From the NCBI GenBank assembly GCA_964597545.1, contig CAZQXN010000005.1, positions 12,647 through 76,646 on the forward strand: DNA of 64,000 bases, given 5' to 3'. Source of the stretch: an uncultured Planctomycetia bacterium. Lineage in GTDB: Bacteria > Omnitrophota > Gorgyraeia > 1-14-0-20-64-10. The notes beneath the pieces were generated by a model that saw only the letters and a list, made by a program, of their open reading frames with translations, did no database searches and was not told where the DNA came from. The position numbers were made by a program, and so were the translations under genes. Of this stretch, positions 18,260 to 26,936 are shown piece by piece. Position 1 is the stretch's first letter. Each line of letters starts with the position of its first letter.

Positions 18260-19662
18260 GCCGAACCACCCAAGGCATGCTTACCAGACAGCGCTCGAGG
18301 CCCGACTACAAGTCCCCATCCACCCGCTGAAGCCAAGATCAGCAGAAACGGTAGGACCATGTCCCTCATTCTCAAGACGGTTCCGGCGTTGCCGTTGGTC
18401 AGCGCCCCCAGAAGAATCCATGCACCTAAGAAACAGATGAGATACAGAGAGCGCTTGGCATTCCAAAAAAGGGAGAAAAGGAATCCTGCCAGGATCAGCG
18501 GAAGGAGCAGATACCACATCGCCATAATCGGGTACCAGGCGAGCGAAAAGAGAGAATCCATCCGTTTGGGCAGGGGCTCAACCAAGTAATGATAGATGGC
18601 TCGGCCGGCAGCGCGGCCGACAAAGGGGAGTGTGATCTTATCGCGGGAGGGCGTGTAGAAGGAACCGGGGGTATAGTGTTCCTCAGGAAGGTATCGGTAA
18701 GAAATCCCGGGCGTGCTGCAGAAACCCAAGTGGATTTGAAACGCCCTAAGAAAGAAGGGGCGGACATCCGGCCGAAACCCCACAAAGCCTACCAAAAGCC
18801 CCACGACGATCAAGGCTCGCCAGCGGAACCTCCAGGGATAAACCAAGATCCAGCCCACGGCTGTGCCGCCCAACAGGCCTAAGGAGTAGATCCCCGTTCG
18901 AAGCGTGGCATGAGCCATCAGGCAGAGAAGGCACAGGCCTCCCAGGAGGAGCCGCTGTTTCAGGGGACGCGCCTGCACAATCTTAAACGACAGCAGCAGC
19001 ACCAGGGCTGTCAAGAATAACAGGCTGGACTCCTTGAGATTGCTGGCCGACCAAAGCAGCAAGGAGGGCCACAGCGTTACCGCCACAGAAGCCCACCGGG
19101 CTACCGTGCCGTTGAAGCTGGCCTTTGCCAAGAAGAAAACCAAAAGCGCAAGACCCGCGCCCAAGAGACAGTTAATCCATTTAACCGCAATGGGGCTGTA
19201 TCCGAAGAGCGCGTAAAAGGCACCGACCACATAGGCGTAGCCATTCCAACCGTATGTCTGTTGCGCGCGATAGACGACAACCGGCTCTCGGACGCCCCGC
19301 GCAAACTGGACGATGGCATATCCCCGCTGAGAGAGGTAGTCGCTGTCCCCCATCCGCATGTACCAGCGCGTCTTATCCGTTACGCCCAGATCCCATTCCT
19401 GTGCGGGCCCGTACCGATGCGGCCACTCCTTCTCCATGACAGCCGAGATTCCGTCCAAGCCCAGCGAGAGGGCAACCCTCAGTAAAAAGGCAAAAACAAA
19501 TAGCCTCATGACAAAGCGTTTATCCGGTTGCGCTGCCCTTCTGTGCAGGGCCCAGGCGATACCCGCTGCCAAGGCCAAAAGAAACGCTCCGCCGGGTGAG
19601 TGGGTCCATAGTGCGCCCAGAAGGACGCCGAGAATGCCCAGGGAGGGCAAAGCCCGTTTCAT
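18256..19662 (-). CDS. polytopic integral membrane protein (polymerase/ligase- or GT-C-like, family unassigned)
   Basis: More than 10 hydrophobic helices. Start re-placed at the ATG (MKRALPSLGILGVLLG) that overlaps the upstream DUF4330 stop (ATGA). Confidence 0.5.
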   Translation of the reverse strand: MKRALPSLGILGVLLGALWTHSPGGAFLLALAAGIAWALHRRAAQPDKRFVMRLFVFAFLLRVALSLGLDGISAVMEKEWPHRYGPAQEWDLGVTDKTRWYMRMGDSDYLSQRGYAIVQFARGVREPVVVYRAQQTYGWNGYAYVVGAFYALFGYSPIAVKWINCLLGAGLALLVFFLAKASFNGTVARWASVAVTLWPSLLLWSASNLKESSLLFLTALVLLLSFKIVQARPLKQRLLLGGLCLLCLMAHATLRTGIYSLGLLGGTAVGWILVYPWRFRWRALIVVGLLVGFVGFRPDVRPFFLRAFQIHLGFCSTPGISYRYLPEEHYTPGSFYTPSRDKITLPFVGRAAGRAIYHYLVEPLPKRMDSLFSLAWYPIMAMWYLLLPLILAGFLFSLFWNAKRSLYLICFLGAWILLGALTNGNAGTVLRMRDMVLPFLLILASAGGWGLVVGPRALSGKHALGGSA

Positions 19663-20957
19663 TCCTCTTGCCTCACAAGCTGGAGCAACGGAATGGGCCG
19701 AGAAGCCACCTCTCCCATAACGGATGAGCCAGGAATGCGCACATTGATTTGAGCCCCCTCGAATAATTTCTGACCGCGGCACTCAAGGTATTGCTCCTTC
19801 CAGGAGGTCACGATTTCGATGGGGAGCACTACCTTCACCAGCGCGGATCCACCCTCCCTGCCCTTCTCGGCGCTTAAGACCGTGATGGTTTTGGCTGCGT
19901 TTTCGTCGGCAGTCTGAACCTCAGGGTGATCCGGGTAAAGCCGCGCCAGATCCAAATCGCTCAAGCCGGAAAATCGCAGTACCACCACCGCTCTTGTTGA
20001 GATAGAGCTTTTCGGGGGCGCCAAAGCACCCTTTTCAAGCACTGCCTCTGCGCCATCGGGACGGGTTACCTTCAACGGCAGCCAACCTGGGGCTGAAGGT
20101 CGAAACGGGTGCGGCAGAGTGGCTTTGAGCACCGATGGGCTTAACCGCTGCACCTCTTGCAAAGAAACATCGCCCAGGGTAACCTCGCAACCCTTTCGGA
20201 AATCAGATCCCAGGATCAGCAGCTGCCGCACCTGAGCATCAATCCGATTGGGGCGCACCAATCGGACAGAGAGAGCGGTCTCTTTCTCGGTGGCCGCGGA
20301 GCTTAAGGTGTCGGTTCGGCTTTTGGTGGCAATTCCCTGCCAATGTGCGGTTTCTTCATTGGCATTGGTGACGGTTACGTAATACAAGTCCTGCGTAAGC
20401 CTCTCACCCACAATGGCCTCCAGCCGCGTGGTGCTTTGATGAACGAACCCCAGCACGGGAAATGAATCAATCGCTACCCTGCAATCGGGACCGAAATAAT
20501 CTCCCTTGATGACCAGGAGGGTTGTGTCCATTGTGGTGGGCAGCACCTCCACCTGAGAAATGGAAGGTGCCCAAACCACCTCGAAGGCCTCCTCCAAGAG
20601 CACAAAGCGGCCTCGGCCGTTTCGGATGCCGAGCCGGAAGATCCCCTCCGGGAATTCCTTGGGAATCCCGATGTCAATCCAAACCTTGTTGACAAAGGTG
20701 ACGTTCGCAAACGGAAGGTGGCCCAACTGAGCGGCGGTTTGCCGGTCAAAACCGGTTCCAAGGACCGTTAACTTGTCGGTTTCGCCAGTCACGACACGCC
20801 TGGGAGAAACCTTCTGGATGGCCAACTCCCGTTGCCCCTTTAGGCTTTGCAAACCAAAAACAAGCATCGGCCAAAGCAAGGTCAATAAGAGCAGGCCGGC
20901 CAGGTCTAGGACGTGAATCTTTCCCAGCAATCGCCCCTGAGGATCAACGAGCCGCAA
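19659..20957 (-). CDS. DUF4330-family protein, paralog
   Basis: 432 aa. N-terminus MRLVDPQGRLLGKIHVLDLAGLLLLTLLWPMLVF parallels the 17225 gene. Repeated beta-rich segments. Confidence 0.6.
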   Translation of the reverse strand: MRLVDPQGRLLGKIHVLDLAGLLLLTLLWPMLVFGLQSLKGQRELAIQKVSPRRVVTGETDKLTVLGTGFDRQTAAQLGHLPFANVTFVNKVWIDIGIPKEFPEGIFRLGIRNGRGRFVLLEEAFEVVWAPSISQVEVLPTTMDTTLLVIKGDYFGPDCRVAIDSFPVLGFVHQSTTRLEAIVGERLTQDLYYVTVTNANEETAHWQGIATKSRTDTLSSAATEKETALSVRLVRPNRIDAQVRQLLILGSDFRKGCEVTLGDVSLQEVQRLSPSVLKATLPHPFRPSAPGWLPLKVTRPDGAEAVLEKGALAPPKSSISTRAVVVLRFSGLSDLDLARLYPDHPEVQTADENAAKTITVLSAEKGREGGSALVKVVLPIEIVTSWKEQYLECRGQKLFEGAQINVRIPGSSVMGEVASRPIPLLQLVRQEE

Positions 20958-21912
20958 AGCGCCCCCTCTCGGAGTCTGCGCACCCCCTGTTCAGCCCAGC
21001 GAAGAAGTTCACGACGTTCTGGGCACAGCGCAGCTCCATGGCTGCCCGGGAAGCCTGAGTCAATGAGGAGATGTGGGGCGTGAGGATGGCCTGAGGCATC
21101 TGGGCGAGTGGACCTTGGTACGGTTCGACCTGAAAGACATCCAGAGCCGCCCCTGAGAGGTGGCCTGATTGAAGGGCTTCAGTCAGGGCGACCTCATTCA
21201 CAAGATGCCCCCGGGCGGTATTGACCAAGCGGGCCCCAGGTTTCATGAGGGCAATTTCTGCTTTGTCCAGCAGGGGTCCTGCGTCCGGTTTGCGAGCAGC
21301 ATGCAGAGACACCACATCTGAGCGGCGAAGCAGCTCTTCGAGGGGAACCATGGCGACTCCGCTCGGCACCCCCTGCGCATTGACCTGGGGGTCGGTGGCG
21401 AGGAGGGTGGGTCCGAACGGCCGCAGCAGCGCCGCCGTAGCTCGGCCAATCCGCCCCAGACCTACCAAGCCGATTGTCCACTCCGAAAGGAGGTGGCCTG
21501 TCTCTTTGCGCCAGCGGCCCTGCCGAAAATCATGCAGGTGGCAAGAGAGGTTCCGGGCCAAAGACAAAATCATTGTAACGGCAAGCTGAGCAACCGCTGA
21601 AACCACTTCATCCGGAGTGGTTAGAATCTCGATCTTGTGGTGTCGAGCCGCCTCCAAGTCAATGGAATCGGTCCCGGTGCCGCAGCGGCTGATGCAGCGC
21701 AGTTCCGGAAGGGCCTGAAGTATCTCTGAATCGTAAGGCTCCACTCCAGCCAAAACCGCTTGGGCACCCCGCAGCTCCCTGGCCACCTCCTCCCGGCGCA
21801 ATCGATGACCCAGGGTGTTGCGCCGGAGGCTCAACCCTGCGGTATTGAGGAGCTCAAGGGGACGGTTGTCAGTTTCGCAAAACTGTTGGAGTGCAATATA
21901 AACTGATGGCAC
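20944..21912 (-). CDS. D-isomer-specific 2-hydroxyacid dehydrogenase (PGDH/LDH-D family)
   Basis: Catalytic/NAD domain GLVGLGRIGRATA and RGHLVNEVALTEAL...LDVFQVEP. Start re-placed at the in-frame GTG at 21912 (MPSVYIALQQF...), 5 nt after the upstream gene stop, giving a ~322 aa protein. The 492 aa track ORF N-terminus is a low-complexity over-extension overlapping the 21921 gene. Confidence 0.75.
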   Translation of the reverse strand: MPSVYIALQQFCETDNRPLELLNTAGLSLRRNTLGHRLRREEVARELRGAQAVLAGVEPYDSEILQALPELRCISRCGTGTDSIDLEAARHHKIEILTTPDEVVSAVAQLAVTMILSLARNLSCHLHDFRQGRWRKETGHLLSEWTIGLVGLGRIGRATAALLRPFGPTLLATDPQVNAQGVPSGVAMVPLEELLRRSDVVSLHAARKPDAGPLLDKAEIALMKPGARLVNTARGHLVNEVALTEALQSGHLSGAALDVFQVEPYQGPLAQMPQAILTPHISSLTQASRAAMELRCAQNVVNFFAGLNRGCADSERGRFAAR

Positions 21913-21920
21913 CTGCGGCC

Positions 21921-23069
21921 TCAGGAAGGGTGTGTGGTTTGAACAGCGGCGCCGGGAGTCATGGGAAGCGTTTTTCCGGTGGCGGTACGCTCGCCGATGT
22001 ATTCGAAATAGGGATTGTTGGCAATCTTTTCCGTGAAGAACAGGGCCTTGCGGTGATACAGGTAGGGATTCGAGAAGATGGGGCAGACGCCAAAATGGAG
22101 GCGCCGTCGATCTTCCGCGCAAATGGGATAGTCCGCTATGGTCAGGTCGGTTTTGTAGGTCGGCCACGATTGAATCCGGTTGACCAGGAAAAGGATGCGG
22201 GCGTTCTGCACGGGGGCGGATTGCATGTAAAAATTGAACCAGTCCCGCGTCATCTCGCCAAATGAGGCGCAGTTGAATACCAGGTCCGCGGCATCCGGCT
22301 CCAGCATGCTGAATTTTGGGCAGGGCAGCAGCACAAAGTCGTACTGGCTCAGCCACTTGCGGTTTAGGGTGGTTTCCTGAAGCACTTCTCGGATTCCGGC
22401 AATGCGGGCCTTCGGCATCCACATCTTGAGGAAGTAGCGGGCCAGGAGGAGCTGTTCTGAAAAATCAGCCAGGATATGGTGCGTCCCTGGCCACTCCTGG
22501 CTGACGAGACCCGAGAAGATGCCGTAGCTTGAACCGATATCCAAAACAAGGTCCCCCGCTTTAAGCCCATCGCCGAGCGTATCCCGAAGAACGCTTTGGC
22601 ACCAAATGTGCTTGAGCCACCGGTAGGTCACCGCATGGCCCATGCGCCGGTAGACGAACGGCTGGCCCACCGGCGTGCAGGGATACTTTCGAAGGAGTGC
22701 TTCAGCGGTGGGGCTCGTCCGGATGACTTCCAGGCATTCGTCCAGCGTATGCCGAATTCCACGGCGCCCTCCCCCGATGAGGTTCCGGGGATCAAGTCGG
22801 TTGATGTAGAAGGTGGGGGCATCCGGGATGAAGATCCGAAGCCGGCGAAACTGCCGGAAAGCCTGCGGGTCAATGGAGCCGTCTTGACGAAAGAGACGGC
22901 CGGGCTCCTTGGAAACCAAGGCGCGCCACTTCGGGGGAAGCTTCTGCCTGGGCAGCCCCAGCAAACCTGCCTCTCGGGCCGCCTGGGCATCTGCCTGGAT
23001 CTCGGCCAACACTTCCTGTTCAATCCGGAGGGTGGAATCAGTCATTTTTGACACAGAGAAACCCAACAA
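21921..23069 (-). CDS. methyltransferase-fold protein downstream of CmoA; weak CmoB-like (carboxymethyltransferase) resemblance
   Basis: 382 aa. Rossmann-type stretch DLVLDIGSSYGIFSGLV...HILADFSEQLLLARYF loosely aligns with E. coli CmoB (RTILDVGCGSGYHMW...AVGIDPTQLFLCQFEA). Overlaps the CmoA-like gene by 32 nt. Family assignment uncertain. Confidence 0.45.
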   Translation of the reverse strand: MLGFSVSKMTDSTLRIEQEVLAEIQADAQAAREAGLLGLPRQKLPPKWRALVSKEPGRLFRQDGSIDPQAFRQFRRLRIFIPDAPTFYINRLDPRNLIGGGRRGIRHTLDECLEVIRTSPTAEALLRKYPCTPVGQPFVYRRMGHAVTYRWLKHIWCQSVLRDTLGDGLKAGDLVLDIGSSYGIFSGLVSQEWPGTHHILADFSEQLLLARYFLKMWMPKARIAGIREVLQETTLNRKWLSQYDFVLLPCPKFSMLEPDAADLVFNCASFGEMTRDWFNFYMQSAPVQNARILFLVNRIQSWPTYKTDLTIADYPICAEDRRRLHFGVCPIFSNPYLYHRKALFFTEKIANNPYFEYIGERTATGKTLPMTPGAAVQTTHPS

Positions 23070-23781
23070 AGTTGTACCACTGGAAAAAAGTCTCGGCGAT
23101 CTGGAAACCGGATCGCCTGAAAAGCTCTAGATCTTCATCGATTTGAAACGGTATCAAAACGTTTTCCAAGGCTTCACGCTTTCGCACGATCTCCTCGTTG
23201 CTGTAGCCGTTTCTCTTCTTGAAGGCGTAATAATTCTCGATGAACAGCCGGTTCATCTCGCCGCTGCGGGTCAGCACCTTCTCTGTCACAATGAATGCTC
23301 CGCCGCTGACCATCGATTGGTAGATGTGGCGGATGAGGCGGTCCCTGTACAGGGGGCGAACAAACTGAAGGGTCCAGCAGAGGGTAACAACGCTGGCATT
23401 TTCGAGGGAGAGATCGGGGTCGCTGATGTCCCGGCAGTGGATCTCGATCTGCTGTTCCAACTTCCTCTCTCTAACATGGGTCTTGGCCTGCTGAACCATC
23501 GGCTCCGAGCTGTCGTAACCCACCAACCGGGCCGATGGATCCTGAAGTATCTGGGCAGCGTTGATGAGCGTTGTTCCGGTGGAGCAACCCAGGTCGTAGG
23601 CCCGGGTGCCGGGGAGATAAAACTGCTTGGCCAACTCCTGAATCAGCATCTGCTGCTCCCGGTAAAAAGGGACGCTTCGGACCAACATGTCATCGAAGAC
23701 AGCGGCCACCTCACTGTTGAATTCGAAGTCGCTCCCTCGAGAAGCGGTACCCTGAAACACCTGATCTTTGCTCTTTTGCAT
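23038..23781 (-). CDS. cmoA: carboxy-S-adenosyl-L-methionine synthase homolog (CmoA family)
   Basis: Colinear similarity to E. coli CmoA over the full length: FNSEVAAVFDDMLVRSVPFY / PGTRAYDLGCSTG / ENASVVTLCWTLQF / SGGAFIVTEK / FKKRNGYSNEEIVRKREALENVL / FQWYNFVGF. ATG at 23781 is preceded by a GGAAAGGGG SD-like sequence. Confidence 0.8.
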   Translation of the reverse strand: MQKSKDQVFQGTASRGSDFEFNSEVAAVFDDMLVRSVPFYREQQMLIQELAKQFYLPGTRAYDLGCSTGTTLINAAQILQDPSARLVGYDSSEPMVQQAKTHVRERKLEQQIEIHCRDISDPDLSLENASVVTLCWTLQFVRPLYRDRLIRHIYQSMVSGGAFIVTEKVLTRSGEMNRLFIENYYAFKKRNGYSNEEIVRKREALENVLIPFQIDEDLELFRRSGFQIAETFFQWYNFVGFLCVKND

Positions 23782-23904
23782 GATTGCCTTGCCCCTTTCC
23801 TGCTGCCTCACTGAAAAGAAATCAAACTGCATTCCCTCAACTTCACCGCCGTTTTGAGAACCTTCTCAAAGGGCTCCTCGTTGGCTTGAGTGACATCATA
23901 GAGT

Positions 23905-24813
23905 TCATCTGGTTTTCCTTGCGGAGGGATTCGCAGGTTGTTTCAGAAGGGAGCCTTCTATTACCGACTCAGTATAAGCTCCGGGGTTTCCCTTGTCTAG
24001 GTCTTTAAAAACAGCCTGCTGCAGGGGATCCGCCTCCAAGCAGCGACGCACTTCCGGGATCTCGCGCTGCTCATTGATGCCGCTGTAGCCTCTGGTGAAC
24101 GAAACGCTCATGAGTAGCACTTCATGTTCTACAATTCGGTTCTGATCGATGGATTCGGCTCGTTCCAGGGGGGTACGTGCAAGAGCGCTGTAGCGCCCCA
24201 GGAAATCTTTCCGATAAGCCAAAATCCCAAGAATTCGTCGCAGGGGTCCCGACGCTTCTCCCGCAGGCAGCGGCAAATGAGAGAAGTCGCGCGCGCACAC
24301 CAAAATGCGGCCCGACACTGAAAGGGCGCATTTCACGATCGATCGGTCCGCAAGCTCCTCACCCCTCTCAATCCTGGCCACCGCATTCCACGCAGGGATC
24401 TCCGGCCGCTCCTGGATCGCCTGAACCAGGCGCTCCAAATCGGAGGGAAGCACCAGGATCTCATCTCCTTGAACATTGACGACATGGGTGCAGTCCAAAG
24501 CTTGGGCCGCCTCCGCAACTCGGTCTGTGGCAGCGGGATGCTTGGGCGAGGTCATGAGCACCTGGCCTCCATTTTTCTCAACGACAGCTGCGATTTGGCG
24601 ATCACAGGTGGCGACCACGACGGTAGAAAATCCGCGGCACATCAGGGTACGCCTCCGAACATGCTCAATCATCGGAAGCCCCAAAATCTCCAGGAGGGGT
24701 TTCCCGGGCAGCCGCGAAGAGCCCATTCGAGCAGGGATAACAGCTGCAATTCGAATCATTGAACGCATCATCACACCTACTGGGGTAACGTCCCGCAATC
24801 TATATTGAGGCAC
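23905..24813 (-). CDS. KdsB-like cytidylyltransferase (CMP-ulosonic acid synthetase family)
   Basis: IAAVIPARMGSSRLPGKPLLEILGLPMIEHV matches the KdsB/CMP-Kdo synthetase N-terminal motif. Real start probably an internal M (MIRIAAVIPAR). Confidence 0.75.
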   Translation of the reverse strand: MPQYRLRDVTPVGVMMRSMIRIAAVIPARMGSSRLPGKPLLEILGLPMIEHVRRRTLMCRGFSTVVVATCDRQIAAVVEKNGGQVLMTSPKHPAATDRVAEAAQALDCTHVVNVQGDEILVLPSDLERLVQAIQERPEIPAWNAVARIERGEELADRSIVKCALSVSGRILVCARDFSHLPLPAGEASGPLRRILGILAYRKDFLGRYSALARTPLERAESIDQNRIVEHEVLLMSVSFTRGYSGINEQREIPEVRRCLEADPLQQAVFKDLDKGNPGAYTESVIEGSLLKQPANPSARKTR

Positions 24814-25541
24814 TGGCCGGTGATGGCCGATGCACCCTGAGAAACCAAGAAGTAAACAACCTCAGCGACCTCCTCGACCTTGGGCAATCGGCCCAGAGCA
24901 GTCTGGGTGGAGGCAAAGTTGGACAGATACGCCTCAACGGTTTCGCCCGCCGCAGGAGAAACCGGCTCCCGGAGGGCGGCATGGATCTGCTCGGTTTCCA
25001 CGTAGACCGGACAGACGGCGTTGACACGAATTCCCTTGGGCCCAAGCTCCTTGGCCAGCGACTGGGTGATGCCGTTGACCGCAAACTTGGCGGCGCAGTA
25101 AGCGCTGTTGTTGGTTGAGCCGCGCTTGCCCGCCAGAGAGGAAACGTTGACAATGACTCCTCCTGTGGGCATCCCCTCGGCTGCAGCTGCGCACCCCCAC
25201 AGGGTACCCAAGAGAGAAGTCTCAATCACCTTCTGGACGAAGAGCTCATCAATGTCATGCAGCGATTTCCAACGAGACACCCCCGCGCAGTTGATGAAGA
25301 CGTCCAAAGAACCGAAACGCTCCCTGGCGGCGCGAACAAAGCGGTGCATCCCATCCCGCTGCCGGACATCGACCCGCTCATGAAAAATCCCCTTAGGCAG
25401 CGGGGGTTGCGGGGTTGCGCGCGAGCAAACCGCCACTTGATCGCCCCGGTTGCAGAAAAGTTCCGCAATCGCCCGGCCGATCCCCCGGCTGCCGCCGGTG
25501 ATCACCACACCCCTGCTCTTTTGAGCTTGGTTCTCCTCCAT
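24777..25541 (-). CDS. SDR-family oxidoreductase
   Basis: TGGSRGIGRA cofactor motif and YCAAK catalytic motif. Confidence 0.8.
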   Translation of the reverse strand: MEENQAQKSRGVVITGGSRGIGRAIAELFCNRGDQVAVCSRATPQPPLPKGIFHERVDVRQRDGMHRFVRAARERFGSLDVFINCAGVSRWKSLHDIDELFVQKVIETSLLGTLWGCAAAAEGMPTGGVIVNVSSLAGKRGSTNNSAYCAAKFAVNGITQSLAKELGPKGIRVNAVCPVYVETEQIHAALREPVSPAAGETVEAYLSNFASTQTALGRLPKVEEVAEVVYFLVSQGASAITGQCLNIDCGTLPQ

Positions 25542-25549
25542 TGTGTCCC

Positions 25550-26308
25550 CTAGATTGTCATGGCGGTAAACCCGCCATCCACTGTAACCACCGAACCCGT
25601 TACGAAGCTGGAAGAATCTGAGGCCAACCAGACAACAGCCCCCACCAACTCGCTGGGTTTGGCAAACCGGTTCATTGGGGTGTGCCCCAAAATCTTCTCT
25701 TTTCGTTCCGCATCAATGAAATGCTTCATGCTCCACTCGGTCGGAAGAAAACCGGGCTTGAGTGCGTTGACGCGAACGTTAAAGGGGGCCCATTCCCGCG
25801 CCAGATTCTGCGTCAGGTTCAACACCCCTGCCTTGGCAGCCGAATAGACGAATGCCCTGGACAAGGGAGGGTCGGCAGAGACCGACGTGAAGTTGATGAT
25901 GGAACCAGACTTCTGCTTGATCATGGTCTCTCCGAATACCTGACAGGCATAGAGCGTACCGCCCAGATTCACGCCGAGAATCCAGTCGATCTCCTCTTGA
26001 GTAATCTCGAAGAACGGCGTCGGCGCATTGGCTCCAGCGCCGTTGAGGAGCAGATCCACCCGTCCATGCTTGGCGAGGATCTCTTCTCGACAGCGGATGA
26101 GTCCCTCTTTTGAAGTCACATCGCACGACAGGACATCAACGGATGCGGGCACGCCGGCTTTGCGCGCCTGCTCCTCGGGCGCCGCATCCAAAACCGTCAC
26201 GGCCACCCCGGCTTCATCCAACGCTTTGGCCAGGGTGGAGCAGATGTATCCGGCGCCCCCCACGACAACGGCGCGCTTTCCCTTTAGATTGAACCGATCA
26301 TTTGACAT
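25550..26308 (-). CDS. SDR-family oxidoreductase
   Basis: VVGGAGYICS Gly-rich motif and YSAAK catalytic motif. Confidence 0.8.
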   Translation of the reverse strand: MSNDRFNLKGKRAVVVGGAGYICSTLAKALDEAGVAVTVLDAAPEEQARKAGVPASVDVLSCDVTSKEGLIRCREEILAKHGRVDLLLNGAGANAPTPFFEITQEEIDWILGVNLGGTLYACQVFGETMIKQKSGSIINFTSVSADPPLSRAFVYSAAKAGVLNLTQNLAREWAPFNVRVNALKPGFLPTEWSMKHFIDAERKEKILGHTPMNRFAKPSELVGAVVWLASDSSSFVTGSVVTVDGGFTAMTI

Positions 26309-26933
26309 GGGCTTGTACCAGTTCTTTAAAATGAGTTACGTCCTTTCCGACAGCACCAAAATGGACCCCTGCGGCTTGAGCTGCCCGGGAATCCTCTTGA
26401 GTGTCCCCAAAGAAAACGATTTCTTCCGGCCGCCAGTTTTTACTCTTCTGTAGCTCTTTTAACCACAAGGACTTCTCAACCGGAGCCCCCCGAATCTGAC
26501 GGAAGTATTCCATCCAACCCCTCTGCTTCAAAATCTCCAGGAGCACCTGGTGCGGCGTACTTGAGAGCAGCCCTGTCCAATGGGTTTCCTGCACGTGACG
26601 CAAAAAATCCAAAGCCCCCGGAATCTCGCGAGCCCGAATGATTTGGCCGGTCGTCTCAGCCTCAAAACAGCGGTGAAGCTTGGCGTCCACTTCGGGGGTA
26701 TAGGGCAGTTTCAGAATTGTCTCGTAGACCGTGCGAAACTTAACATCCCTGGGTGTATGGTGATGGTTGTTGCAGTAAGCCAGGATCTCCTCCTGTCTCT
26801 GCGGAAAATCATCAAATACCCGCTCAAACGCCCGTGCCTTGATGGGATTGGAATCGACCAGGGTGCCGTCGAAATCAAAAACCAATCCCCGCGCGCGGGC
26901 AAACCGGCACTGAACCTCCGAAGCCCCTGACAT
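26298..26933 (-). CDS. HAD-superfamily phosphatase (subfamily IA)
   Basis: Motif I LVFDFDGTLVDS and C-terminal FFGDTQED. Confidence 0.7.
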   Translation of the reverse strand: MSGASEVQCRFARARGLVFDFDGTLVDSNPIKARAFERVFDDFPQRQEEILAYCNNHHHTPRDVKFRTVYETILKLPYTPEVDAKLHRCFEAETTGQIIRAREIPGALDFLRHVQETHWTGLLSSTPHQVLLEILKQRGWMEYFRQIRGAPVEKSLWLKELQKSKNWRPEEIVFFGDTQEDSRAAQAAGVHFGAVGKDVTHFKELVQAHVK

Positions 26934-26936
26934 GAT

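Noticed and set aside
21913-22422. 170-aa N-terminal extension of the 2-hydroxyacid dehydrogenase ORF
   Set aside because: Low-complexity Arg/Pro/His-rich sequence overlapping the upstream methyltransferase-fold gene in another frame. An in-frame GTG at 21912 gives a canonical-length dehydrogenase.
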